From an uncultured Chloroflexia bacterium (GTDB taxonomy: Bacteria > Chloroflexota > Limnocylindria > Limnocylindrales > CSP1-4), in contig CAWBMD010000002.1 of the NCBI GenBank assembly GCA_963789865.1, positions 619,257 to 683,256 of the forward strand: a DNA stretch of 64,000 bases. Reading direction: 5' to 3'. Numbering within the stretch: position 1 is the first letter of the stretch; each line of letters opens with the position of its first letter. A program made the position numbers and the translations under genes. This document shows positions 29,190 through 39,131 of the stretch, piece by piece. Below the pieces are notes generated by a model. That model was not told where the DNA came from, made no database searches, and saw nothing but the letters and a program-made list of their open reading frames with translations.

Positions 29190-29762
29190 ATGACGGTGGA
29201 GCCGCGACGGGCGGTCGTCGCATACCCGGGCGGGCTCCGCGCGAGCTTCCGCTGGGCAGGCAGTGGACAGGGTGCCGCGGTCTTCGCCCTGACCGAGCAT
29301 GGCGGCCCGCTGGTCGACCTCGGCGAGGTCTCCGGCCCGGACCCGGACGCCCGCTGTCGCGCCGAGGCTCGGGTGGAGACGCCGTCGGGCCCGTGGACGG
29401 TGCGCCTCGCCTCCACCATCAGCGACGAGCCCGAGGGGCTCCTGTGGGACACGGAGGGCCTGCTCCTGATCGCCTACGGGTTCCACGTCTACGCGATGGA
29501 GGCGCGGACAGGCGCGCTGCGGTGGAGCCACCGCTCCGCATCGCCGATCGTCGCGCTCCTCGGCTCATCCCGGCTGCCACACGTCCTGCTGCAGGCGGAG
29601 ATCGAGACGTTCGCGCTGGAGGCGGACGGCGAGGTGGCGTGGCGGGTCGCCCACTCTGACGTGGTCGCCGGTGCCGAGATCGTCGGCGGGCGCCTGGTCC
29701 TGACGAGCTTCTCCGGGCAGGTTCGCGCGCTGGATCCCCGGACCGGGCGCGGCGCCGGCTGA
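29190..29762 (+). CDS. Hypothetical protein with PQQ-like beta-propeller repeat motifs
   Basis: High-GC3 ORF. The motifs HVYAMEARTGALRWSH and QVRALDPRTGR resemble PQQ/BamB-type repeats. Confidence 0.55.
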   Translation: MTVEPRRAVVAYPGGLRASFRWAGSGQGAAVFALTEHGGPLVDLGEVSGPDPDARCRAEARVETPSGPWTVRLASTISDEPEGLLWDTEGLLLIAYGFHVYAMEARTGALRWSHRSASPIVALLGSSRLPHVLLQAEIETFALEADGEVAWRVAHSDVVAGAEIVGGRLVLTSFSGQVRALDPRTGRGAG

Positions 29763-29848
29763 CCCGGAGGCATCCTCCCGCGGCCGTCGCCGTGGAAGCA
29801 GCGTGGACAAGTCGCACGGGATTGGGCGGTCGGGGGTGGATAAGTGCG

Positions 29849-29877
29849 TTGACCCCGTCCGGGTCGGCGCGTAGCGT
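29849..29877 (+). promoter_or_regulatory. Sigma70-like promoter candidate TTGACC-N17-TAGCGT
   Basis: Read directly in a locally GC-poorer intergenic region. It would give a 5' UTR of about 135 nt before GTG 30019. Confidence 0.35.
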
Positions 29878-30018
29878 TGAACCCAGCCCGAAGGTGCTGA
29901 GCGATGCTAACGGCTGCGATGACATCAAGGCCCACGCGTCGAGTAGGTTCCTTCGGGCGCTTGATTCCCGCGGGCCGCGGACCGGTGGGGTTCCGCGACC
30001 GACGGCTATCATCCCGGC

Positions 30019-30741
30019 GTGACACCCCTCGTCCTCGTCCTCGTCGGCCTCATCGCGCTCGCCGCCGGGTGGCTGCTGATGCGCCGCCTCGGGTCGCGAG
30101 CGCGGATCGGGCGCATCCTCGCCGCGACCCCGGTGGTGCCGATGGCCCAGGCGATCGAGATGGCCCAGGCGGGCGCGCCACGCTATGTCGGCGTTGGCGG
30201 GCGCATCGACGCCACCGAGGGGTTCGAGGACGATGCCGGCAGGCCGCTGGTCTTCCGCCGAACCCGTCTCGAGCTGCGCCGTGGCTCCGATTGGGCGACG
30301 GTCGAGGATCGCCGGGAGGTCGTGCCGTTCACGATCGCTGGCGGACTCGAGTCGATCGCGGTTGACGGCGCGGCGCTGGACGAGGGCCTCATCGTCGTGA
30401 CCCGTGGATCGGAGGGGACTGCGGGCGAGATCCCGGACAGGCTGCCGTCGGGGACGGACCCGGCCACACCCGTCCGGTTGCGGGTCGAGTACCTGAGCAC
30501 GATCGACCACGCCCTGGTCCTGGGCGTCCCGGGCACGGACCCGGAACGGGGCCCCATCCTCAGGCCGGGCCTCGGGCGCCCGCTCGTGATCAGCACGCTC
30601 GAGCCTGCCGAGGCCATGCGGCTGCTGGCGGGCGGTCGTCGCGGCGCCACGGTCGCGATCACGGCGCTGCTCGCTGGCGGGCTCGCGGCGATCGGGAGTG
30701 GCCTGGTCTGGGCCGTTGCGGGCGCGGCGGTGGGCGGGTGA
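30019..30741 (+). CDS. Membrane protein with TM helices at both termini (possibly GIDE-like), unknown function
   Basis: Intact ORF. N-terminal LVLVLVGLIALAAGWLLM, C-terminal TALLAGGLAAIGSGLVWAVAGAAV. Confidence 0.6.
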   Translation: MTPLVLVLVGLIALAAGWLLMRRLGSRARIGRILAATPVVPMAQAIEMAQAGAPRYVGVGGRIDATEGFEDDAGRPLVFRRTRLELRRGSDWATVEDRREVVPFTIAGGLESIAVDGAALDEGLIVVTRGSEGTAGEIPDRLPSGTDPATPVRLRVEYLSTIDHALVLGVPGTDPERGPILRPGLGRPLVISTLEPAEAMRLLAGGRRGATVAITALLAGGLAAIGSGLVWAVAGAAVGG

Positions 30742-31061
30742 GCCGGCGTGCCTCGTCCGGACGGGGCACCAGGGCAGGGCGACAGGCGCGCTGGGCCCGG
30801 TCAGCCCTCGAGACCTGTCTCGCCACCATCTCCGTGACCGTGGGGATGCTCGTCCTCGCCGGTGCGGCGTACGCGGCGTCGCCGTCGCCCGCCGCTGCCG
30901 CAGGGGGCGACCCGCGGAGCAGCGGTCAGGGACCCGGACTCGTCGGGGATCCCGTCGCGGCGATCCTGGCAGTGGCCATTCTCGCCCTCGCCAGCCTCGC
31001 GGCGACGCTGCTCTACGTCCGGCTCACGGGCGGCCCGAAGGGCTCGCGACCGGGGACCTGA
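30738..31061 (+). CDS. Small membrane protein, unknown function
   Basis: The GTG overlaps the upstream stop. Two hydrophobic segments (VTVGMLVLAGAAYA; AILAVAILALASLAATLLYV). GC3 is acceptable. Confidence 0.45.
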   Translation: MSRRASSGRGTRAGRQARWARSALETCLATISVTVGMLVLAGAAYAASPSPAAAAGGDPRSSGQGPGLVGDPVAAILAVAILALASLAATLLYVRLTGGPKGSRPGT

Positions 31062-31187
31062 GCAGCCCGGAGCCCGGCGCCGCGGAGCCCGGCGCCGCGG
31101 GCCGGATCGGGCCCGGATCGGGCTCGTATCAGGCCCGTATCGGGCCCGCCGGGGCCGCCGGGCCGCCCGAATGAGAACTTCGTCCTA

Positions 31188-31216
31188 TTGGCAATTCCTG
31201 TGAAGTCGCGGATAGT
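31188..31216 (+). promoter_or_regulatory. Promoter candidate TTGGCA-N17-GATAGT, giving a very short leader to ATG 31231
   Basis: Read directly. There is no SD before the ATG. Confidence 0.3.
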
Positions 31217-31230
31217 CGCCGCAACAGCCA

Positions 31231-34128
31231 ATGCTTGCCAAATCCTCCATGCCTCCGCGGGCCTCCCGGACCCCCCGTCCGGGTGATGCGACGCTCTCGG
31301 TGACGAAGGCGGCGCGGGTGCTGGGCGTCCACCCGAACACGGTGCGGGCCTGGAGCGACGCCGGTCGGCTCCGCTACTACCGGATCAACGACCGCGGCGA
31401 CCGGCGCTACCGCCAGGCCGACCTGCAGCGGTTCCTTGCAGCCGCCGCCTCCGGGCGCAGCTGCGCAGGAGCTCGACCCGTCCGGTTCGCGACCCGGACG
31501 GCGTGGCGCCGCGGACGCGCCGACGCTCACCGACACTCCCGCCGGGCTGGACCTCCTCGCCGACCTCGCGGAGATCGCGTCGTTCCCGTCCGGGCTCGAC
31601 CCCACGCTCGACGAGGCCTGCAGGCGGATCCGCGTCGCGACGGGTGCCGCCCTCGTCGGCATCTGGGAGCGTCGGCCCGGCGGACTCGTGCCGCGGGCCA
31701 CCGATGTCGAGGGCGCCGCGGCTCACGGCGGCCCGCACGATGATGTCCGGCCGCGGGCTGTTCTCGCTCGCGCTCGAGTCCTCCACCCCGATCCACGCGC
31801 GACCCGGGCTCCCGGGACCGGAGCCGGTCCTGGGCCTGGGCACGGACGAGCTGGTGGTCCGTATCCCGGGCGGCGATGCTTCCGTGGGGCCTGCTGGTCC
31901 TGGCCGGCGCGGTGCAGCTCGGTCTCGACGACGGCCAGCGCCTGGCGGGCGCGATCGCACGGACGCTGGGGGTCCTCATCCGGGGCGCGGCGACCACCGA
32001 GCAGGCGGCCGTGCGCCTCCGCCGGTCGGAGGCGCTGCGGCGCGTCGCCACGGACCTCGCCTCCCGGCTCGACGTCGGCGACGTCGTGCGCGATCTCAGC
32101 GACCACGCCCGCGTCCTGTTCGGCGCCGACCGCGTCGCCGTGATCCTCCGCGACCCCGAGGACCGCATCTCGTCGCCGGGCGGCGTCGGGTTCTCCAGCC
32201 AGTTCATGGAGCTGGCGCGCGGCATCGAGGAGGCCCGCGTCGGGCAGCGCGACATCCCCCCGCGCCGGCCGGTCGTCCTGCTGGGAGCGGACGCCGGGCG
32301 CGCCGGCAGCCCGATCCGGGCGGCCGCCATCCAGGAGGGGATCGAGACGCTGCTCGTGGCGCCGCTGGTGGACGGCCACGACCTGCTCGGCATGCTCTAC
32401 CTGGCTCACGACCGGGCGTACCGCTGGCGCGAGGCCGACCTCGACGCGGCGGAGGCCCTCGCAGGTGACGCGGCGATCGCGGTGCGCTCGGCCCGCACCT
32501 TCGGGCGGATGGCGGCCTGGGCCGCCCAGCTCCAGTCGATCCAGCGCCTGGGCGGCGCGCCTCTCGGGGCATCGGGACGTCGGCGCCATCGGCCACGCGA
32601 TCGCCACCGAGCTCCGCCAGCTGATCGACTACGAGAACGTGCGCGTCTACCGGGTGCGGGGCGACGGACCTGGTGCCGGTGGCCATGCTCGGGCACGGGG
32701 CCGTGTACTCCGACGAGACGGTCGAGAACCTGACCGTCGCCGTGGGCGAGGGGATCACCGGCTGGGTGGCCCGGTTCCGGGTGCCGCAGCTCGTGGACGA
32801 CACGGCGAACGACCCGCGCGCGATCACGATCCCCGGGCACGCCGCCCGACGCGGACGAGTCGATGCTCCTCGCGCCGATGATCCACGAGGGCGTCTGCCT
32901 CGGCGTCGTGGTGCTGTCCAAGCAGGGCCTGCGCCAGTTCACGGAGGACGACCTGCGGCTCCTCGTGATCTACGCGTCGTTCGCCGGCCAGGCGATGGCC
33001 AACGCGGACGCGACGGCCCGCCTGCGCGAGCAGTCGAGCGCGCTCGAGCGCCGGCTGCGCGCCCAGCGCGAGCTCCTCCGGGTCACGGAGTCGATCCTGA
33101 CGACGCTGGACCAGCGGCGCCGTGCTGGAGGGGATCACCGACCGCCTGGGCACCCTGATCCGGTGCGACAACATCGCCATCGAGGTGGTGGAGCGGCCGA
33201 CCGGGCTCCTCGTGCCGCTCACGGCGCGCGGCGTCCACGCCGAGCGAGTACCTGACGCCGTGGGAACCGGGCGAGACCGGGATCGCGACCTGGGTCGTGG
33301 ACCACAACGAGCCCGTGCTGATCGAGGACGAGCGCAACGACCCGCGCGTCAACCACTTCCGGTCGACCGGGCGGATCGACGGCAGCCTCATCGTCGTGCC
33401 GCTGCTCGGACCCTCGGGCGCGGCCGGCGTGCTGACCCTGGAGCGGCTCGGGACCGCCGCACGCTTCGACGAGGAGGAGTTCGAGCTCGTCAAGCTGTTC
33501 GCCGCGCAGGTCTCGATCGCGCTCCGCAACGCCGAGGTCTTCCAGGCGGCCGAGGTCCGGGCCCGGACCGACACCCTGACCGGGCTGCTCAACCACGGCA
33601 CGTTCAAGGACTGGCTCGGCGCGCAGCGTGGCGGCGCGCGAGCCGTTCGGCCTCGTGATCATCGACCTCGACGAGTTCCGGGACGTCAACGACACGCTGG
33701 GCCACCAGGCCGGCGACCGGCTGCTGCGGGAGATCGCGGCCGCCATCCTCGGCGCGGCCCGCGACACCGACGCCGTGTTCCGGTACGGCGGCGACGAGTT
33801 CGTCGTGATCCTGCCGCGGAGCGACGCCGACCGGCATCGCCTCTGTCGCCGAGCGCATCCGGGCCGCCGTCGCCGCCGTGGGCGGGCCCGGCACGACGTG
33901 GACGGCCGAGGGCATGCACGTCGCGGCCTCGATCGGCACCGCCGCCTTACCCGGCCGACGGCACCGATGCGGAGGAGGTGCTCCTCGCCGCCGACCGCGC
34001 GTGCTTCGTCGCCAAGCGCGGCGGCCGCGGGCGCGTCGCGACGGCCGACGAGGGACTTGCGCTCGCCGCGGAGTTCACGCTCTCCGAGCCGACACCGGTC
34101 GATCCGCCGCTCGGTACTCCCCGCATAG
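31231..34128 (+). pseudogene. Excisionase/MerR-type HTH + four GAF domains + GGDEF diguanylate cyclase; at least 10 frameshifts in this sequence
   Basis: The HTH LSVTKAARVLGVHPNTVRAWSDAGRLRYYRINDRGDRRYRQADL is in ORF 31231..31743. The GAF segments are pieced from ORFs 31436.., 31503.., 31876.., 32465.., 32673.., 32863.., 33122.. and 33297... The GGDEF domain reads TDTLTGLLNHG..LVIIDLDEFRDVNDTLGHQAGDRLL..FRYGGDEFVVIL..ADRACFVAKRGGRGRV. The 3' end is uncertain. Confidence 0.75.
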
Positions 34129-34186
34129 GCGCGTCTCACCGCGCTTCCGCGCCCGTGCGTCACACTCCGGCCAACGGAGGTTCGCC

Positions 34187-34695
34187 GTGCACCCGTCAAG
34201 TCCGCGCACCTCGCCGTCGCCGCGCATCCGTCGCCGTCGCCGCGCTCGCCTGCCTCGTGGCCGTCGGCCGGGTGCCTGCCCGCGGCCATCCGCCCCACGC
34301 CGGTCCCGACGCCCACGCCCACCCTGGCCCCGACGCCCACCCCCGCACCGACGCCGACGCCGGGTCCGCCCACGCCCACGCCCGCGCCGACGTTCCAGCC
34401 TGTACACGGTCGTCCGCGGGCGACACGCTGGTGCGGATCGCGCGCCGGTTCAAGACCTCGGGGCGGAGCATCGCGTACTGGAACCGGGCCACGTACCCGT
34501 CGCTGGACCCGGAGTCCGCCGCCTACCGGCCGGACCTGCTCAAGGCCGGCTGGGTGCTGCAGATCCTGCAGGGCCAGGAGTACGTGCCGCCGCCCGACGA
34601 CGGCGAGAGCGGCATCGAGGTCACGCCGGTGCCCAGCGACGACGGCGGAGTTCGACACGGGCAGCCCCTCACCGGCTCCGAGCCCGGGAGGCTGA
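34187..34695 (+). pseudogene. LysM-domain lipoprotein with PT-rich linker; frameshifted in this sequence
   Basis: GGAGG followed by GTG 34187. Lipobox-like AVAALACLVAVG(G)C. Linker PTPVPTPTPTLAPTPTPAPTPTPGPPTPTPAPT. LysM domain YTVVRGDTLVRIARRF..LKAGWVLQI. There is an extra G in the run 34418-34420. The end is tentative (TGA 34693-34695). Confidence 0.6.
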
Positions 34696-34718
34696 GGTTG
34701 ACCGCGTATCCTCCGCGC

Positions 34719-35484
34719 ATGTCGCCCGTCGCGCGGCGCCCGCCCCGGATCGTCGTCACGCTCATGACCGCCGCGCGCCAGACCGAGCCCGGGATCGCCG
34801 TCCGCAAGAACGCCCTGTACGTGGACTCGGTCGTGCGGCACGGCGCCGCGGCGATCGCCCTCGACGCGACGTCGCCGGCGTCCGATCGGGCCGCGGCCTT
34901 CGCGATCGATGGACGGCCTCCTGCTGACCGGCGGAGCGGACCTCGATCCGGCCCGGTACGGCGCCGCGAACCAGGGCTCCGTGGACGATGGAGCCCGACC
35001 GCGACGAGCTGGAGGCCGCTGCGTGGGCCACTCGCCGAGGCGCGCGGGATCCCCGTCCTGGGCATCTGCCGCGGGCTCCAGGCGATGAACGTGTTCGGCG
35101 GCGGGACGCTGCTCCAGCACGTGGACGGACACGCCGGAGCCGGCTGGGGCCACGGTGCCGCGCTCACCCACCCGCTGCGCCTGGTGCCCGGCACGCGGCT
35201 GGCGCGGATCCTCTCCCCCTCCGGCGTCGGCGGCAGCGTGCTGACGGTCAACAGCTACCACCACCAGGCGGTCCGGGCGTCGGACCTGGCGCCGCGCTAC
35301 GTCGCGTCCGGCTGCTCGCCCAGCGCGGCCGGGGACCTGGTGGAGGCGTTCGAGGGCCGTGAGGGCCCGTTCCGGATGGCGGTGCAGTGCCACCCGGAAC
35401 GCACGGAGTCCACGCCCGAAGGCGTTCGAGCGGCTGTTCTCGTTCTTCGTGGATGCGTGCCGGGGGCCGCTGGTCGACCGCTGA
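34719..35484 (+). pseudogene. Class I glutamine amidotransferase, peptidase C26 (gamma-glutamyl-GABA hydrolase/PuuD-like); frameshifted in this sequence
   Basis: MSPVARRPPRIVVTL.. ..LLLTGGADLDPARYG.. ..GIPVLGICRGLQAMNVFGGG.. ..VNSYHHQAV.. ..AVQCHPE, pieced from ORFs 33297..35495 and 34988..35362. The end is reconstructed as AFERLFSFFVDACRGPLVDR*. Confidence 0.75.
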
Positions 35485-35496
35485 GCGACCGCTGAT

Positions 35497-36057
35497 GGCG
35501 GGTGGCCACCCGGCCACTGCAAGGCGCGGTGGTCGCCGGATCGGCACCGATTTCCAGTGCGCGGCGCATTCGCCAGCCGCCGCGGGATGCCTCGTGCCCG
35601 TACCCGGGAGTGCGCGGCGTCGGTGGTCGCGAAGGACCGCATCCCGTGGGGCCACCTGAATGTCGTCGACCTGGGCACCGCCGGCTACCGCGTCATCGAA
35701 CCCGGTACCAGGCCGCTCGCCTGTGCCGACATCGCGATCGGCGACCTGGCCGAGATCGACGGCCGCAACACCTACCGGAGTGGAACGGTGGCGGAGAAGG
35801 GCGAGAACCTCCACCCGGAGGACGGCTCCTACTTCCCGTGCCTGATCGCCGCGCGGATCGAGGTCGGGACCGGCGACTCCGGCGGCGCGGTCCTGGTCCG
35901 GGGGATCCCGGCGGGCGTCACCAGTCGCAGCTTCGACGGGACGCTCGGTTTCACGCCACTGGCCGAGGGGCTGGCGGAGCTTGGGCTGGAGCTCTGCACG
36001 ACGCCCGACTGCGGGCTCACGAGGCCGGTGGCCAGCCCGACGGGCACCCGCCCCTGA
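35497..36057 (+). pseudogene. S1 (chymotrypsin-fold, streptogrisin/alpha-lytic-like) serine peptidase remnant lacking a signal peptide and N-terminal strands
   Basis: ORF 35557..36057 carries GTGDSGGAVLV and the C-terminal barrel. A possible catalytic-His motif PGHC sits upstream in the same frame, directly after the GATase stop. I found no credible N-terminus. Confidence 0.5.
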
Positions 36058-36133
36058 GCACGGCCCAGGCGTCCGTGGTGAAGCGGACAGGGCCCTGTCG
36101 CACGGCTTGGAGCCCTCGCCGGCGGAAGCCCCG

Positions 36134-36892
36134 CTAGACCTGGAGCCGCCCCGCCTCGATGATCCGGTTGAGGAACTGGCGTGTCCGGGCCTCGCGGGGC
36201 TCGGCGAAGATCTGCGCCGGCGGTCCCTGCTCCAGGATCCGGCCGGAGTCCAGGAAGCAGACCCGGTTCGCGATGTCGCGGGCGAAGCCCATCTCGTGGG
36301 TGGCGATCAGCATCGTCATGCCACCGGCGGCCAGCTCCCGGATGACGTTGAGCACCTCGGCGACGAGCTCCGGGTCCAGGGCGGACGTGACCTCGTCGAG
36401 CAGCAGGAGGTCCGGCTGCATCGCGAGCGCCCGCACGATGGCCACGCGCTGCTGCTGCCCGCCGGAGAGCCGGTCGGGGTAGTCGTGCGCCTTGTCGGCG
36501 AGGCCGAAGCGGTCGAGCAGCGCCAGGGCGTCGCGTTCGACCTCGGCTCCCTTGCGGCGCGAGGACCTTGCGCGGCGCCGAGCGTGACGTTGTCGAGCAC
36601 GCGTCATGTGCGGGAACAGGTTGAACGCCTGGAACACGATCCCGACGCGCCGCCGGATCCGGTCCACGTTGACGCCCTTGGCCGTGATCTCCTCGCCCTC
36701 GATGAGGATCCGGCCGGCATCGATCGGCTCGATCAGGTTGATGCACCGCAGGAGCGTGGACTTGCCGCTCCCCGAGGCGCCGATGAGCGCGATGACCTCG
36801 TGCTCGGCCACCTCGAGGTCGATGCCCTGAGCACCTCGAGCGATCCCGAACGACTTGTGGAGGCCCTGGATCGACAGGGCGGCGACGGTCAC
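36134..36892 (-). pseudogene. Amino-acid ABC transporter ATP-binding protein (GlnQ-like) with short compensated out-of-frame patches
   Basis: The ORF is open. However HKSFGIARGAQGIDLEV (expected ..GSLEVLRGIDLEV) and FPHMTRARQRHARRRARSS (expected FPHMTVLDNVTLGAAQ.., seen in ORF 36316..36600) show paired indels. Walker A GASGSGKST, LSGGQQQRV and LLLLDEVTSALD are present. Confidence 0.85.
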
Positions 36893-37800
36893 CCGCGGAA
36901 CGCGAGCAGCCGCGGCTTGCGGCTGCCGGTCGGGACGGAGCCTCCACCCTGCCGCCGCCTCTTCTCGCGCGCCAGCAGCCAGTCCGTGAGCCGCGCCAGC
37001 GGGATCGTGATCAGGAGGAAGATCAGGGCCGTCGCCAGGAACGGGGTGTAGTTGAACTTGGCGCTCTGGATGATCGCGCTCTCCCGGAAGATCTCGACGA
37101 CGCCGATGACCGAGACGAGGACCGTGTCCTTCTGGAGCCCGATGAAGTCGTTGAGCAGCGGCGGGATCACCCGCCGGATCGCCTGCGGCACGACCACGAA
37201 CCGCATCGCCTGGAACTCCGACAGGCCCAGCGACCGGGCGGCGGCCGCCTGGCTGGGGTGGATCGAGTCGATGCCGGCGCGGTAGACCTCGGAGACGTAC
37301 GCCGAGTAGAGCAGGGTCAGGGCGACGAGGCCCCAGAAGAACGTGTCGTTCGGGACACCGGGGATCCCGAGGGCCGGGATCCCGAAGCCGAGGATGTAGA
37401 TCACCAGCAGGCCGGGCAGCGCCCGGAACACGTCGACGTAGATCGTCGCGAGCAGGCGCACCGGGAAGAACACCGGACCCGGCAGGCTGCGCATCACGGC
37501 CAGCACGAGTCCCCAGGCGAGGATCAGCACCTCGGCGGTGAGGAACAGGCGCACGTTGACCCAGAACTTGCCGGCGACGAGGGGCAGCGAGTACCAGAAG
37601 ATCTGCGCGTTGAGGAACAGGGCCTGGAACGCCGGCCAGCCGGGCGCGTTGGTGATGACGAGCGCGAGGACGCCGAAGACGACGACCGTGGACACGGCCG
37701 CGATGAGGTTCGACCGGCCGCCCGGCCCGAGCGACGGGCGGGGGCCGCGGACGCGGGGCTGCGGGTCGATCCCCGTGTCCGGCGGACCCCCGACGGTCAT
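36889..37800 (-). CDS. Amino-acid ABC transporter permease (His/Glu/Gln/Arg/opine family)
   Basis: Intact ORF with ..AARSLGLSEFQAMRFVVVPQAIRRVIPPLLNDFIGLQKDT... Confidence 0.9.
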   Translation of the reverse strand: MTVGGPPDTGIDPQPRVRGPRPSLGPGGRSNLIAAVSTVVVFGVLALVITNAPGWPAFQALFLNAQIFWYSLPLVAGKFWVNVRLFLTAEVLILAWGLVLAVMRSLPGPVFFPVRLLATIYVDVFRALPGLLVIYILGFGIPALGIPGVPNDTFFWGLVALTLLYSAYVSEVYRAGIDSIHPSQAAAARSLGLSEFQAMRFVVVPQAIRRVIPPLLNDFIGLQKDTVLVSVIGVVEIFRESAIIQSAKFNYTPFLATALIFLLITIPLARLTDWLLAREKRRRQGGGSVPTGSRKPRLLAFRG

Positions 37801-37807
37801 CCCGGGG

Positions 37808-38785
37808 TCAGGGCTGGAGGACGGGCGCGCTCGCCTTGTCCGACAGCCACGTCTTGGTCAGGGCGTCGAGCGTGCCGTCGGTCTTGAGGGCGGCGAGCGC
37901 CTGGTTGACGCACGCGGTCAGGGCGCTCCCCTTCTCGAGCACGATGCTGAAGTGCTCGGCGTCCGCGCCCGCCGGAGCGGGGAACTGGCCGACGATCACG
38001 CCGTTCTTCGCCTCGCCCGAGCCCGTGATGTAGAACGCCGTCGGCAGGTCCACGACGATGCCGTCGATCTGCTTCGCGTCGAGCGCCGCGATCGCTCCCG
38101 TGTTGTCGTTGTAGACCGAGGCGTCGGTGGTGGGCTTGATCGTGTCGGTGATGAACTGGTAGCTGGTGGTGCCCTGCTGCGCTCCGAGCTTGAAGTCCTT
38201 GAGCCCGCTGATCGTCGTCACCTTGGTGATCGGCGTGCCCGCGTTGGCGACCAGCGCCTGGTTGACCGTGTAGTAGCCGTCGGACATGTCCACCGTCTTG
38301 GCGCGGTCCGCCGTGTACGAGACCTGGTTGATGTCCATGTCGAACGCCTTCGGCGCCGGGCGCGTAGGAGCTGTCGAACGGGACGTACGACCCAGGTGAC
38401 GTCGCCCTTCGCGAAGCCGAGCTTGTCGGCCACGGCGTAGGCGACCGCGCTCTCGAAGCCGCGGCCGTTGGTCGGGTCGCCCGAGCTCCCACGGGTCGGT
38501 CTTCGGCTCGCCCGAGGCCGGCCGGATCGAAGTACGGCGGGAAGGCCGGGTTGTCGGTGCCGATGGTCAGCTTGCCGGGCGTCTTGAGCGCGAGGTTCGC
38601 CGGGGCGCAGGCGTCGGGCGTGGCGGTCGGGGCCGGCGGTCGGGGCGGTGGTGGGAGCCGCGGTCGGGGCGGGCGTGGCGGCCGCCGGTGCGGGCGACGG
38701 GTGACGGCGACGCCGCGCCGCTGGAGCACGCCGCCGCGAACGCGGCGACGAGGACGAGGGCGGTGACGCCCTTCAGGGTGCGCAT
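37808..38785 (-). pseudogene. Amino-acid ABC transporter substrate-binding lipoprotein (family 3); frameshifted in this sequence
   Basis: The start MRTLKGVTALVLVAAFAAACSS is in ORF 38567..39565. The middle ..AVADKLGFAKGDVTWV.. is in ORF 38218..38433. The C-terminal 176 aa are in ORF 37808..38338 (..FDMDINQVSYT..GAQQGTTSY..). Confidence 0.8.
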
Positions 38786-38865
38786 GGTGCTGGTTCTCCT
38801 CCTCGTGTTCGTCTCCGGCGCGAAGTGTACCGGTGGCAGGCCGCCGCGAACACCTCCGCGAACGC

Positions 38866-38900
38866 CGAAGCGACGCCGGGAGGAGGTCGGCGTCGCTTCG
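38866..38900. promoter_or_regulatory. Perfect 13-bp inverted repeat CGAAGCGACGCCG-N9-CGGCGTCGCTTCG in the divergent intergenic region
   Basis: Read directly. The loop is GGAGGAGGT (CCUCCUCC on the minus-strand RNA). It lies about 80-115 nt upstream of the SBP start. Confidence 0.4.
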
Positions 38901-39131
38901 GAGGGTCGACCGGGGCGGAGGGAGGAGGGAGGCCGCCGCCACCGGCGTGGTATTCGGTTGATGGGCGCTGCCCCGCGCGGTGCAGTGAGGCAACGATGGG
39001 CGGAGATGGTCCCGCCCGCGATGACCCGGGAGTCCCGTCCTGACCGGGTACTTGCGGGGCCCGGCCGGCCGACCCCGGGTCGCCGCACCGGACGGCGGCG
39101 GCTCGCCCGACGGATCGCTAGACTCGGTACC

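Noticed and set aside
29763-30018. Known housekeeping ncRNA (SRP RNA, tmRNA, RNase P, 6S) in the GC-poorer intergenic region
   Set aside because: A GGAAGCAGC-like string is present. The remaining SRP domain-IV motif, tmRNA termini and RNase P P4 elements are absent.
35482-35484. In-frame TGA between the GATase C-terminus and the S1 peptidase frame, as a read-through or selenocysteine site
   Set aside because: The shared frame exists only after an inferred indel in the GATase. There is no SECIS-like hairpin, and the downstream residues before GHC do not look like a linker. This is most likely coincidence.
33219-35678. Very long ORFs such as 33219..35678 - (819 aa), 8544..10559 + (671 aa), 49556..51538 + (660 aa), 37797..39680 - (627 aa), 39659..41515 - (618 aa), 1642..3114 - and 5893..7221 -
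   Set aside because: They are Arg/Pro/Gly/Ala-dominated with no recognisable domains. They lie antisense or out of frame to genes with clear homology-type motifs (one even spans the tRNA-Lys). These are typical stop-poor shadow frames of a genome with about 75% GC.
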